A DNA stretch of 64,000 nt from an uncultured Gemmatimonadales bacterium (GTDB lineage Bacteria; Gemmatimonadota; Gemmatimonadetes; Gemmatimonadales; Gemmatimonadaceae), in NCBI GenBank assembly GCA_963793305.1, contig CAWBZV010000003.1:1-64000 (forward strand). The letters run 5' to 3'. The translations under genes were made by a program, and so were the position numbers. Position 1 is the stretch's first letter; each line of letters begins with the position of its first letter. Shown piece after piece: positions 20,888-31,514 of the stretch. Under the pieces are notes generated by a model. The model was given only the letters and a program-made list of their open reading frames with translations. It was not told the DNA's origin and did not search any database.

Positions 20888-22353
20888 GTCGAGGAATTTA
20901 TAAGCGAGCGCGGGAGCGGGGTCCCCGCGATCCATCCGGCGCACGTCCAGATCCGCCGCGCGCCGATCACCTCGCGCCCACGCCTGAGCTCGACCGTATC
21001 GCCGCGCGCCATCGAGAGACAATGTGGCAAGAGCGCGACGATCGCGTCCGGTGTGTGGCTCTCGTCCGGGACGACGACGAGCACCGTATCACCGGCGCGG
21101 GCCCGCTCGGAGAGCTGCGGCCAGAGATCGTACTCGTTCGGCCGGCCACCGATGTTCAACGAGAAGACCGCCGGGTGATTGTTCAGATGAAACGCCAACT
21201 CGGCCGCGTCTTGATACCGGTTCGTCGCGATCCACGCCCCTTGTCGCACGCCATCGATCTCGCGCGCCAGCGACGCCCATCCGGCGCCCTGCGCGGTCGG
21301 GTCTCTTCGGGCCGGGAGCGGCAAGAATGGGACGATCACCTGAGCGTAGATGGCCGCAACTAAAACCATCCCCAGCGCCAGCCCGGCCTTCTCCCATCGC
21401 GTCGTGATCGCCCTCTCAGCTCCCCAGACAATCGTGCCCGCCAGCACGGCCGGCGCCAGCCAATTCGGCTCGACGGATCGCCTGGCGGCACTGTAGACAA
21501 AAAAGGCCGCGATAAACGCAGCGACGCCCGCCACAATAAACACTCTCGACGGCGCCACCCGTCGTAACGCACGTGCGACCGCGATGCTGATCAGGATAAA
21601 GAGAATCGGCGAGACCAACCCGAGTTGCCCACCGAGTAGCGACAACTCGCGGTTGAAGACGTTGCTGTGCCCCTTGGGAACCAGCCCGTGTTGTAACTGA
21701 AACCGAAAAGAGATCCAACCATGCCCAGCATTCCATAACACGACCGGCAAGAACACCACCGCCGCGACGAGTATGGCGACATACGGCCCAGGCCGCCGCC
21801 ATTGCTCGCGCAGATCTTTGCGGGCAATCAACGCCAGCGCGATGCCGACGCCGAACAAGACAGCGGTGTACTTCGACTCGAGACCGCAGCCGAGCGCGAG
21901 ACCCGCCGCGGCCCACCAGGCGATCGGCCGGGTCGAGCTGAGCGCATGATCGACCATGAGAAGCCCGATGCTCAGGGCCGCCAATAGCGGCACGTCAGGC
22001 GTGGCAAGCACGAGTCCGGCACCCGCGAGCGGCATCGCCAGTACCGCCCATGCGGCTCGCTGCGCAGCGACCGCACCACCGAATCGTTGCGCAAGCGCCA
22101 CCGCGGCCACCGTCGCGATCGTCCCGACGAGCACGGCAACGCACCGCACGCCGAACGGCGTGTTGCCGGCAATTAGCGTCCCGGCACGAATCAGAACCGC
22201 GATCGCCGGCGGATGATCGAAGTATCCCGCCGCCAGATGCCGCGACCACTCCCAATAGTACGCCTCGTCCGGAACGATCGGCACGATCGCTGCCATAACT
22301 AATCGCAGTACGCCCGCGAGCCCCAAGATCCACCACGCGGTGTTGTCTGTCAC
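20884..22353 (-). CDS. Glycosyltransferase family 39 (ArnT/PMT-like)
   Basis: PDEAYYWEWS, GYFDHPP, TPD, SKYT and WNAGHGWISF; multiple TM helices. Confidence 0.88.
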   Translation of the reverse strand: MTDNTAWWILGLAGVLRLVMAAIVPIVPDEAYYWEWSRHLAAGYFDHPPAIAVLIRAGTLIAGNTPFGVRCVAVLVGTIATVAAVALAQRFGGAVAAQRAAWAVLAMPLAGAGLVLATPDVPLLAALSIGLLMVDHALSSTRPIAWWAAAGLALGCGLESKYTAVLFGVGIALALIARKDLREQWRRPGPYVAILVAAVVFLPVVLWNAGHGWISFRFQLQHGLVPKGHSNVFNRELSLLGGQLGLVSPILFILISIAVARALRRVAPSRVFIVAGVAAFIAAFFVYSAARRSVEPNWLAPAVLAGTIVWGAERAITTRWEKAGLALGMVLVAAIYAQVIVPFLPLPARRDPTAQGAGWASLAREIDGVRQGAWIATNRYQDAAELAFHLNNHPAVFSLNIGGRPNEYDLWPQLSERARAGDTVLVVVPDESHTPDAIVALLPHCLSMARGDTVELRRGREVIGARRIWTCAGWIAGTPLPRSLINSST

Positions 22354-22368
22354 GGTCGGGAGGCCTCT

Positions 22369-23437
22369 GTGTCTTGGCGTTTGTCTGTATGCGTTCTGGT
22401 GTCGCTCGCCATCGGTTGCTCGGACGGCACGAGTCCGCTGACCCGCCCCACACTACCCTCGAAGTTGTCGGCCTCTTTGCCGGTCGACTCGACGATCAGC
22501 GTCCGCGTCGCACCCAATCTGGACGGCAACAACGTTACAGTCACCGGGTTCAACCAGTATGACGTGATCACCGGCTACGTCACGACGGGCTCGACCTCGC
22601 AGGTCTTTCGCTCGCGCCGGGCGATCGAGTACTTGACGCCGCCGCCCGGGTTCCAGCCGGGCAATTTCTTTTCGATCCACGCCGGGATCAACACCGGCGG
22701 GCAAGTGGTGGGCGGCATTATCAATGACACGTCCCAGCGCGCATACATTCTGGTGGCACGGCGGCGGGACGACACTGCTGCCGCCGGCAATCCCCGCCAT
22801 CCCCGAAGGGCCGCTCGGCTGCGGCGCATGGGCGAACAGCGACAGCGGCTACGTCGTCGGCACGTGCATGCCGGACGTGAACTGGTTCGCCACCGAGTGG
22901 GCCCCGGGCGGCACGGTCATCAAGGAGGCGTGCTGCGGCGTGCTGACGGCGATCGCCGAGAATCAGTACCTCACGGGATACGACTTGACGTTCGATCCTC
23001 CCATAGCGCTACTCTGGCCACCAGGTGCAGCGAACTACACGCTCATCGGCTTGAACGGCGGTCAGATGGAGCCGTCCTTGGGGTTGGCCGTCAACGACAG
23101 CGGCTGGGTCGCAGGCTGGGCATTCGTCTCGGGCACCGACACCGCCGCGCTGCTGTGGGTCCCCGGACAACCCCAGCGCGTCCTGAGCCACCTGGGCGTC
23201 GCCACGGGCGTCGACACGTGGGGCGACGTTGTCGGGTACCACCGCGATACGCCCGCGGGTCCGACCACGGCTTTTCTCTGGAACCTCGCGACCGGTGCGC
23301 ACTTTCTGCCGGGACTCCCCGGTGGCGGCGCGACGGCCGCCGTCGCCATCAACAACGTCAACCCGGAGATCTTAGGCTGGGCCATCGACGCTCAGGGTCT
23401 CAAGCACGCGGTGATCTGGACCTTCCAAAGGAGCTAG
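22369..23437 (+). CDS. Extracellular repeat (HAF-like beta-propeller) lipoprotein (frameshift near 22750)
   Basis: Lipobox-like LAIGC; repeated INxxGQVVG, VNDSGWVAG and VDTWGDVVG...AFLW units. Confidence 0.65.
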
Positions 23438-23458
23438 CGCGACAGCCAACTTGCGGTC

Positions 23459-25406
23459 ATGGCGAACCGGCTGGCCCTCGAAACGAGTCCGTATCTCCGG
23501 CAGCACGCCGATAACCCCGTCGACTGGTACGCCTGGTCGCCCGAGGCGTTCGAGCGCGCTCGCCGGGAGGACAAGCCGATCCTCCTCTCCGTCGGCTACG
23601 CCGCGTGCCATTGGTGCCACGTGATGGCGCACGAGTCGTTCGAGGACACGGCGACCGCCGCGATCATGAACGAGCAGTTCGTCAACATCAAAGTCGACCG
23701 CGAGGAGCGGCCCGACGTTCGACGGCATCTACATGCAGGCCGTGCAGGCGATGACGGGACATGGCGGATGGCCCATGACCATGTTCCTGACGCCGGCCGG
23801 CGAGCCGTTCTACGGCGGCACGTACTTTCCGCCGCGCGATCGGCACGGGTTGCCGGCGTTCACGCGCGTCCTCCGCTCGGTGTCCGAAGCCTATCGCTCG
23901 CGCCGCGGGGAGCTCGAAGAGAGCACGCGCCGGCTGCGCGGATTGTACGACGTGACTGGTGCGGCGGCCGTGGCGAGTGGCGAGATCACGGCCGGCACGC
24001 TGGACCGCGCGTACCAGAGCATCGCCGCGCGGTACGACGCGCGGTACGGTGGGTTCGAGGGCGCGCCCAAGTTTCCGATGGCCATGGTGCTCGACTTCGC
24101 GCTGCGGCACGCACACCGCGCGGGTCATGCAACGCCGACCATCGCGCTCGAATCCTTCCGCCACATGGCGCGTGGCGGCATCTACGACCAACTCGGCGGC
24201 GGGTTCCATCGCTATACCGTCGATGCCATCTGGCTCGTGCCGCATTTCGAGAAAATGCTGTACGACAACGCCCTCTTGGCCCGCCTCGGCGTACACCTGT
24301 GGCAAGCCACCGGCGACGCCGAAGTGCGGGGCGCCACCGAACGGACGCTCGATTGGGTGGCGCGGGAGATGACGGATCCGAATGGCGGATTCTACGCCAG
24401 TCTCGACGCCGACTCTGCTGGGGGCGAAGGCACGTTCTACATCTGGACCGCCGACGAAATCGACTCGATCCTGGGGCCCAATGCGCCGGCGTTCAAGGCG
24501 TACTACGGCGTCACGGCGGAAGGCAATTTCGAAGGCGCGAACATTCTCTTTGTCGCCATGCCTGATGCATCGCCGCCCGTGACCGCCCGCGAGAAAGTGT
24601 TCGCTCTCCGCGCCAAACGTGAGCGTCCGGCGCGCGATGAAAAGATCCTCGCGTCCTGGAACGGCCTCATGCTGCGGGCGCTCGCTGACGCGGCCCGCGC
24701 GTTCGGCCGCGCCGATTATCACGCGCAGGCTGTGTCCAACGGGGAGTTTCTCGCGCGAACCATGGTGCGCCCTGATGGGCGCGTCATGCGGTCGCACGCG
24801 TTTGGCGTCACCAAGATCGATGGCTTTCTCGAGGATCACGCGGCCGTCGCCCTGGGCTTTATCGGATTGTATGAGCTCACCTTCGACGACCGGTGGCTCG
24901 CGCTCTCACGTTCGATCGCGCAAGCAATCGATGCGTACTTCTGGGACGACCACCATCGCCTGTTCTTCGACACGGCCCGTGATGCCGACGCGCTGATCGT
25001 TCGGCCTCGAGACGTGACCGACAATGCCGTCCCGTCCGGCACATCGCTGACCACCGCGCTCTATCTTCATCTGGCCGAGTTGACCGGAGACACGGCGCTT
25101 CGGGAGCGCGCCGAGTGGGTGCTGTCGACGCTGACCGAGTCGATGACAACACACGCGCCGGCGTTTGGATACCTGCTCGGGGCGGCCGACACCGTTGTGC
25201 ACGGCGCGCTGCAGGTCTCGCTGACGGGCAATCCGGCCGCATTTGCCGACGTGGTCGCGACGACGTACATCCCATCGCTTGTGCTAGCTACCGGGAACCG
25301 GCCAGCGATCGACGGACGTCCGACGGCGTATGTGTGCAAGGGGCCGGTGTGCGACCGCCCAGTCACCGACCCCAAGGATCTCAAAGACCAGCTGACGCAT
25401 GCCTGA
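23459..25406 (+). CDS. Thioredoxin-domain protein YyaL/SSP411 family (frameshift near 23720)
   Basis: [42 protein letters not shown] and [12 protein letters not shown]. Confidence 0.93.
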
Positions 25407-27186
25407 GCCAAAGCCATCGTTCCTCCGCGGCCTCTTCCAGGGCGCGATCCACGAGTCGCTCGTCTTCCCGTACCCGCCAGGCCTCGAGGCCCGCAACCCG
25501 GACGAAGCGCAGGTCGTGCGACGACTCATCGGCGCGCTCAGGGACATGCAAGCCTCGGGTCTCATCGACTCGACCCGGTTCGACGAAGAGGAGACGATCC
25601 CCGAGAACGTGATCCGCGCGCTCGCCGAGTCCGGCTGGCTCGCGCTTTCGATCCCGAAGGCGTATGGCGGGCTCGGTCTCTCGGCGACCGGCTACGCGCG
25701 CGTGTTCGAGACGCTCTCGCGCGTCGATGGCTCGCTCGCCGTGCTCGTCGGCGTGCACTGCGGGCTCGGCTCGAAAGCGATCGTGCTCTTTGGCAACGAC
25801 GAGCAGAAAGCCCGCTATCTGCCGATGCTCGCCCGGGGCGAGACGCTCGCCGCGTATGCGCTCACCGAGCCCGAGACCGGTTCGGACGCGCAGAATATCA
25901 AAACGACGGCGAGGCTCGACGGTGATCATTGGGTGCTCAACGGCCGCAAGATCTGGATCGGCAACGGCCAGCGCGCGGGCGTGATCGCCACCTTCGCCCA
26001 GACCCAGGTCGACCGCCGCGGCGAGCACGTGATGCGCCCGACCGCGTTCATTATCCGGCCGGACATGCCGGGATTCCGGGTCGTGGAGACGGTGCACAAG
26101 CTCGGCATTCGCGGCTCGACACAAGCGCAACTCGCCTACGAGAATCTCCAGGTCCCCACCGACCATGTGCTCGGCGCGGTCGGCAAAGGATTCTTGGTCG
26201 CGGTCAACGTCTTGAACGGCGGCCGCCTCTCGCTCGGCGCCGGATGCACCGGCGGTTCGAAAGAGCTGATCACGCTCATGACCCGCTACGCCAGCGAGCG
26301 CGTGCAGTTTGGTCATCCGCTGGCGGATTTCGAGATCACCCAGCGCAAGCTCTCGTCGCTCGCTGCCGACACGTATGCCGCGGATGCGATGCTCGGGCTG
26401 CTCGCGGCGACCATGGATCGCGGTGACGCCGATTATGCGCTCGAAGCGGCGTGCCTCAAGGTGTTCGCGAGTGATCTCGTGTGGCGGGCGGCGGATGAGA
26501 TGGTGCAGGTCGCGGGCGGCCGCGGGTACGTGCAGCCGTATCCGTACGAGCGTCTGCTCAGAAACGCTCGGATCAATCGCATCTTCGAAGGCGCGAACGA
26601 GATCTTGCGATTGTTCATCGCATTGAACGGCATACAGGCGCCGGCCGAGCGGCTGACCGAGATCGGGGCGGCGATCAGAAAGCCCATCAAGAATTTCGGG
26701 CTCGTGTCTGGATACGTGTCGTCGCGCATATTCGGCGGACGGCCCGACCTGACCGTCACGCTGCATCCGTCACTGGCTGAGCACGGGCGCTATCTGGAAA
26801 AGCACACGGCCGAGCTCCAGGCCGAGACGGACCGCGCCATCACCAAGTATCGGAAGGCGATCGTCGAGCGGCAGTTGGTGCTCGAACGGCTGGCGAACAT
26901 GGCGATCGATCTCTACGCCACGGCGGCCGCGATCTCCCGCACCCAGAGTCTCATCGAGTCAGACGGCGCCGATGGCGCCCGCCATGAGATCGCCCTGTGC
27001 GATCTCTTCTGCGTCACCGCCGGTCGACGGTTCCGCGAGCATCGGCAGGCGCTCTCCGGGCGCGAGGACGAAGTCGACGACACGCGCCGCAACATCGCGG
27101 CGGCGCTGCGCGCCGCACGCGGCTACTTCGTCGAGGACGCGATACTGGACGCCGAGGAGGGCACGAAGGCGACAGAACGAGTCTGA
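25399..27186 (+). CDS. Acyl-CoA dehydrogenase (VLCAD/ACAD9-like)
   Basis: AYALTEPETGSDA, LNGRKIWI, KLGIRGS, RVQFG and RINRIFEGANEILR. Confidence 0.93.
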   Translation: MPEPKPSFLRGLFQGAIHESLVFPYPPGLEARNPDEAQVVRRLIGALRDMQASGLIDSTRFDEEETIPENVIRALAESGWLALSIPKAYGGLGLSATGYARVFETLSRVDGSLAVLVGVHCGLGSKAIVLFGNDEQKARYLPMLARGETLAAYALTEPETGSDAQNIKTTARLDGDHWVLNGRKIWIGNGQRAGVIATFAQTQVDRRGEHVMRPTAFIIRPDMPGFRVVETVHKLGIRGSTQAQLAYENLQVPTDHVLGAVGKGFLVAVNVLNGGRLSLGAGCTGGSKELITLMTRYASERVQFGHPLADFEITQRKLSSLAADTYAADAMLGLLAATMDRGDADYALEAACLKVFASDLVWRAADEMVQVAGGRGYVQPYPYERLLRNARINRIFEGANEILRLFIALNGIQAPAERLTEIGAAIRKPIKNFGLVSGYVSSRIFGGRPDLTVTLHPSLAEHGRYLEKHTAELQAETDRAITKYRKAIVERQLVLERLANMAIDLYATAAAISRTQSLIESDGADGARHEIALCDLFCVTAGRRFREHRQALSGREDEVDDTRRNIAAALRAARGYFVEDAILDAEEGTKATERV

Positions 27187-28064
27187 GGCTTGAGCGTGAG
27201 CAGGATGACCGCGCCGATGATCACTCCCATGGCGACCACCGTGCGTGGTCCGATGGTCTCGTGGGCAATGAGCCAACCGAGCAAGAGGGCGATGCAGGGG
27301 TTCACGAACGCGTAGGTGCCGAGTTGCGCGGGCGTGACGGCGGTCACGAGGTACGTGTAGGCCGAGTACGCGACCCATGAGCCGAGCACGATGAGATACA
27401 CGAGCCCGATCAGCGAGTCGTGGGAGACGGCCGCGATCTGAAAGTGCGCGGCCTCGCCGGTGCCGACCCCCACGAGGCCGTTAATAACACCACCCGCGAT
27501 CATCTCCATGCCGGTCGTGAGCACCAACGATTTCGGCATGTCGGCGCGGCGAGCAAACAACGATCCGGCGGACCAACCCATCGATGCGATGAGCACGGCG
27601 AACGCGCCCATTGGGTCGACGCCACCATGGCCACCCGGGCCGGTCGGCCCCACGAGCAGCCCGACGCCGACCAATCCGAGGATGATGCCGACGATCGCGT
27701 AGCGCCCAGGCCGCGGGCCGCCGCTCAGCCAATCGAATACGACCATCCATAGTGGCACGATGGCGACAATGAGCGCCGCGAGCCCCGATGGGATGCGGAG
27801 CTCCGACCATGAGAGGAGCCCGTTGCCGATCATCAGCATGCTCCCACCCGCAATGGCCGCATTGCGCCATTGCTTGGGCGTGGGGCGTGGGCCGCCGCGC
27901 AGGCGTTGCCAGAGATAGAGCGCGGAGCCGGCGACGAAGAATCGCGTGCCCGCCATGAGGAACGGCGGAATCGTTCCGATCGCGTAGCGAATGGCCAGGT
28001 ACGTCGATCCCCAGATCACGTACACGAGCGCGAACGCGATGATGACCTTCAGCTGCTTCGTCAT
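27123..28064 (-). CDS. EamA/DMT family transporter (YedA-like)
   Basis: VYVIWGSTYLAIR and TYAFVNP; about ten TM helices. Confidence 0.9.
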   Translation of the reverse strand: MTKQLKVIIAFALVYVIWGSTYLAIRYAIGTIPPFLMAGTRFFVAGSALYLWQRLRGGPRPTPKQWRNAAIAGGSMLMIGNGLLSWSELRIPSGLAALIVAIVPLWMVVFDWLSGGPRPGRYAIVGIILGLVGVGLLVGPTGPGGHGGVDPMGAFAVLIASMGWSAGSLFARRADMPKSLVLTTGMEMIAGGVINGLVGVGTGEAAHFQIAAVSHDSLIGLVYLIVLGSWVAYSAYTYLVTAVTPAQLGTYAFVNPCIALLLGWLIAHETIGPRTVVAMGVIIGAVILLTLKPQTRSVAFVPSSASSIASSTK

Positions 28065-28507
28065 ATTGGTATCGTCGCCGATTCTTTAACGGTCTGCAGT
28101 ACGATCGTTGTGTTCGTCGAACGCACGGTCGGGATCGCCCCGATCCGATTCTTGAGCAGCGCGGACAGCGCGTCAGTGTTCGCCACGCGGACCTTGAGGA
28201 GGAAGCAGTCTTCTCCCGCCACGTGATGGACTTCCTGCACTTCCGGGATGTCGGCGAGCGCGCCCTGAGCCTGCGGCCCCCCAACTCGCTCGTCGGTCCG
28301 CACGAGGACGTACGCCAGGAGTCCGTAGTCGAGCGCCTTGGGGTCGAGGCGAGCCTCGTACCCACGAATCACACCGCGCTCTTCGAGTTTCCGCACACGT
28401 TCCAGCACCGCCGACGCGGCCATCCCCACCTGCCGGGCCAACTCGGCGTTCGGTGTTTTGGCGTCAGACTGAAGGATATTCAGTATTTGGCGGTCTACGC
28501 TGTCCAT
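28061..28507 (-). CDS. Lrp/AsnC family regulator
   Basis: MDSVDRQILNILQ...ELARQVG...ERVRKLEERGVIRGY and HHVAGED. Confidence 0.93.
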   Translation of the reverse strand: MDSVDRQILNILQSDAKTPNAELARQVGMAASAVLERVRKLEERGVIRGYEARLDPKALDYGLLAYVLVRTDERVGGPQAQGALADIPEVQEVHHVAGEDCFLLKVRVANTDALSALLKNRIGAIPTVRSTNTTIVLQTVKESATIPI

Positions 28508-28509
28508 TG

Positions 28510-28535
28510 TTCTGCATTAGGCTAGTAATGCAGAA
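28510..28535. promoter_or_regulatory. Palindromic operator upstream of the lrp-like gene
   Basis: Perfect 10-bp inverted repeat TTCTGCATTA-n6-TAATGCAGAA, 2 bp from the ATG. Confidence 0.65.
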
Positions 28536-28547
28536 TCTAGTTCCCGC

Positions 28548-29531
28548 CTAGTTCCCGGGGCGCGCAAAGGTTACCAGGAGGGCTCCGGCGATCAAAACGG
28601 CGAGGATGGCGCTGATGACCATGACCCGCCGCCGAATCTTCCGGTCGACCTCGGCTGGCGTCTCGCCGCTCCACCTGGCGGGCAGCCTCGGCTGCACGGG
28701 AGTAATCGTCTGCGGCCCCGACGCACGCTCGGCCGGCGTAATGCGCACCTCGTTGATCGCCGCCAGCAGCTCCTCGGCCGACTGCACCCGATCCTCGCGC
28801 CTTTTCTCGAGCAGGCGCATGACGACCGCGGCCAATGCCGGCGGCGTCGCCGGCCGGCGCGCGGTCACCGGGGCCGGCGGCTCCAGCGCATGGGACGATG
28901 CCAACTGGGCCGCTGACCGGCCGACAAATGGGGGAGTACCGGTGAGCAGCTCGTAGGCAACGACGCCGAGCGAATACAGATCGGCGCGATGATCGATTGG
29001 CTCGTCATCAGGCGCCGCGTAGACCGGTGAGGTACTCTTGCCGAGCACACGGAAAATTCCCGCATCGGCGACGAGCGTGGAGACCCCGTTCTGGAACAAT
29101 GTCCCGGGCGTGATATCACCATGGCACACGCCGCGGCTGTGCATGTGCGCCAGCGCCCGGCCGACATCCCGCAGCATCGAGACGACGTCGCTCGTCGGCA
29201 GCTTCCCACTGCGCGCGAGCACCTCGCGCAGCGGTTCGGCGTGCACGTAGGTGGTGACGTAATACAACTGCGTTTCGACGCGTCCGGCGGCGAGCAGCGC
29301 GACGAGATTCGGGTGCTGCAGATTCCGAATGGGATCGAGCGACGTCAGAAACCGGTCGGGGCTGACCGCGGCCGAGTCGTCGCGCGACAGAATCTTGAGC
29401 ACGACGAGACGGCCGATCGCGAGGTCGGTGGCGACCCAGGTTCCAGCTCCCCCGATCGCCCCGACACTCAGCTCGCGGTCGAAGCGATACGCGCCTGCGA
29501 GCGCCGATTGCAGCGCGGCCCGCGGTCCCAC
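28548..29531 (-). CDS. Hanks-type Ser/Thr kinase-like protein with C-terminal TM anchor; degenerate motifs
   Basis: VVLKIL, LQHPNLV, HGDITPG, DHRADLYSLGVVAYELLTG; DFG replaced by DAG. Confidence 0.85.
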   Translation of the reverse strand: MGPRAALQSALAGAYRFDRELSVGAIGGAGTWVATDLAIGRLVVLKILSRDDSAAVSPDRFLTSLDPIRNLQHPNLVALLAAGRVETQLYYVTTYVHAEPLREVLARSGKLPTSDVVSMLRDVGRALAHMHSRGVCHGDITPGTLFQNGVSTLVADAGIFRVLGKSTSPVYAAPDDEPIDHRADLYSLGVVAYELLTGTPPFVGRSAAQLASSHALEPPAPVTARRPATPPALAAVVMRLLEKRREDRVQSAEELLAAINEVRITPAERASGPQTITPVQPRLPARWSGETPAEVDRKIRRRVMVISAILAVLIAGALLVTFARPGN

Positions 29532-29539
29532 GGGCTCAA

Positions 29540-30511
29540 CTAGTCGAAATCCAACGCCAGATCGAGCGCCGGAGGCGAATGCGTCAGCGATCCGGCCGAG
29601 ATCCAGTCGACGCCAGTCTCGGCGATGGCCCGGACGTTCTCCAACCGCACGCGCCCTGACGCCTCGACGATCGCCTGGTGATCAACCAGGCGCACGCACT
29701 CGGCGAGCAACGGCAGCGACATGTTGTCGAGCAGGATGATGTCGGCCCTTGCCTCCAACGCCGCGGCGACCTGCTCGCGGGTCTCGCACTCGATCTCCAC
29801 TCTCGCTCCCGGAGGCGCGACTTCTCTGGCGCGCTGCACGGCGAGCTGCACGTTGCCGTCGAGCGCCGCGAGATGATTGTCCTTGATGAGCACAGAGCTC
29901 GCGAGATCCATGCGATGATTCACGCCGCCGCCACAACGCACCGCGTATTTCTCGAGCACGCGCCATCCCGGTGTCGTCTTGCGGGTATCGACGATCTTCG
30001 CCCGAGTGCCGTAGACGGCTTCGACGAACTTCGAGGTGAGCGTCGCGACGCCAGACAGCGGCTGCATGAAGTTGAGCGCCACGCGCTCGGCCGAGAGCAA
30101 ACCACGGGCGCTGCCACTCAAGAAGATGATCGGGGACCCGACATCGACGTGGCCGCCGTCCTCGACGTCCACGCGCATGGTGACTTTGGGATTGAGGAGT
30201 CGAAACGCTTCCAAAGCCAAAGGGACGCCCGATACCACGCCACGCCCACGCGACACGATCATGCCCCGCGAGCGTCGCGTGCTGACGACCGTAGCGACGG
30301 TCGTGATGTCGTGAAACGCGCCGTCCTCATCGAGCGCCTGGCGGACAATCGCGGACAGTTGCTCCTGATGGAGCGGGAACGCGAGCCGTCCTTCGTCGGC
30401 GCCCAGCGCCGGCAGCTCGCTCGGCGTGATCGTTCGTGGACGCGACAACCGCCGCTCGCCGGTGCGGCGATCGGGGCTACTTCCCCCGCCTTGCTGCTGC
30501 ATTTCGGCCAT
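29540..30511 (-). CDS. nadC: Quinolinate phosphoribosyltransferase
   Basis: ERVALNF, DTRKTTPG, NHRMDL, LIKDNH, ILLDNM and EASG. Confidence 0.95.
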   Translation of the reverse strand: MAEMQQQGGGSSPDRRTGERRLSRPRTITPSELPALGADEGRLAFPLHQEQLSAIVRQALDEDGAFHDITTVATVVSTRRSRGMIVSRGRGVVSGVPLALEAFRLLNPKVTMRVDVEDGGHVDVGSPIIFLSGSARGLLSAERVALNFMQPLSGVATLTSKFVEAVYGTRAKIVDTRKTTPGWRVLEKYAVRCGGGVNHRMDLASSVLIKDNHLAALDGNVQLAVQRAREVAPPGARVEIECETREQVAAALEARADIILLDNMSLPLLAECVRLVDHQAIVEASGRVRLENVRAIAETGVDWISAGSLTHSPPALDLALDFD

Positions 30512-30527
30512 CAGCCCTCCCCATCGA

Positions 30528-31514
30528 CTACTCGCCCGGGTCAACTGTTGGAGTTTGGCCCCCGATGGCGACCATGCGTTCGATGGCGCGCCGCGCTCGA
30601 CCAGCAATCTCCGCGGGGACGGTAATGCGGTGTTGCATGAGCTGTAAGCTCGTCAGGACCTTTTCCAAGGTCGTGACCTTCATGAACGCACACACAGCCC
30701 GCTCGTTCGCCGCGTAGAAGGTCTTCGTTGGGTTCTCGCGGCGCAAGCGGTGCAGAATTCCGACCTCCGTGGCGACGATAAACTCGCCTGCTTCGGATAC
30801 GGCAGGTCTCCGAATCATTCCCTCTGTCGAGAGAATCTGCACCCCCTCGGGGTCAATATCTCCAGCCGAGACCGCTTCCACCACACTCGTTGCGCACCCG
30901 CATTCCGGGTGTATCAGAAACTCGGCGTTCGGGTGCGCCGTGCGTTTCCGCCGAATGTCTTCCGGGTCGATCCCCGCGTGGACATGGCACTCCCCCACCC
31001 AGATCTCCATGTTCGAACGGCCGGTGACCCGCTTCACGTGAGTCCCGAGAAAAAAATCGGGCAGAAACAGTACCGTTCGATCGGCTGGGATGGAGTTGAC
31101 CACATCGACGGCATTGCCGGATGTGCAGCAATAATCGCTCTCGGCCTTTACCTCGGCCGTCGTATTCACATACGACACGACCACGGCGCCTGGGAACTCG
31201 GACTTCCATGCTCTGAGTTGCTCGCCGTCAATGGTCGCCGCGAGCGAGCAGCCGGCCGCCATATCTGGCAAGAGAACAGTTTTCTTCGGCGACAAAATCG
31301 CGGCCGTCTCGGCCATGAAATGCACGCCGCAGAAGACGATCGTCTCGGCGGTGGTTTTGGCGGCTTCGCGCGAGAGGCCGAGGGAGTCCCCGACAAAATC
31401 AGCGACATCCTGAACCTCCGGGCGCTCGTAATTGTGCGCCAGGATCACCGCATTGCGTTGACGCGCGAGCTCGCGGATTTCTTCCGCTAAAACTCTATGT
31501 GCTTTTTCCGCCAT
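30528..31514 (-). CDS. nadA: Quinolinate synthase
   Basis: ILAHNYE, VFCGVHFMAETA, AGCSLA, YVNT, GECHVH, HPEC and CAFMK. Confidence 0.95.
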   Translation of the reverse strand: MAEKAHRVLAEEIRELARQRNAVILAHNYERPEVQDVADFVGDSLGLSREAAKTTAETIVFCGVHFMAETAAILSPKKTVLLPDMAAGCSLAATIDGEQLRAWKSEFPGAVVVSYVNTTAEVKAESDYCCTSGNAVDVVNSIPADRTVLFLPDFFLGTHVKRVTGRSNMEIWVGECHVHAGIDPEDIRRKRTAHPNAEFLIHPECGCATSVVEAVSAGDIDPEGVQILSTEGMIRRPAVSEAGEFIVATEVGILHRLRRENPTKTFYAANERAVCAFMKVTTLEKVLTSLQLMQHRITVPAEIAGRARRAIERMVAIGGQTPTVDPGE

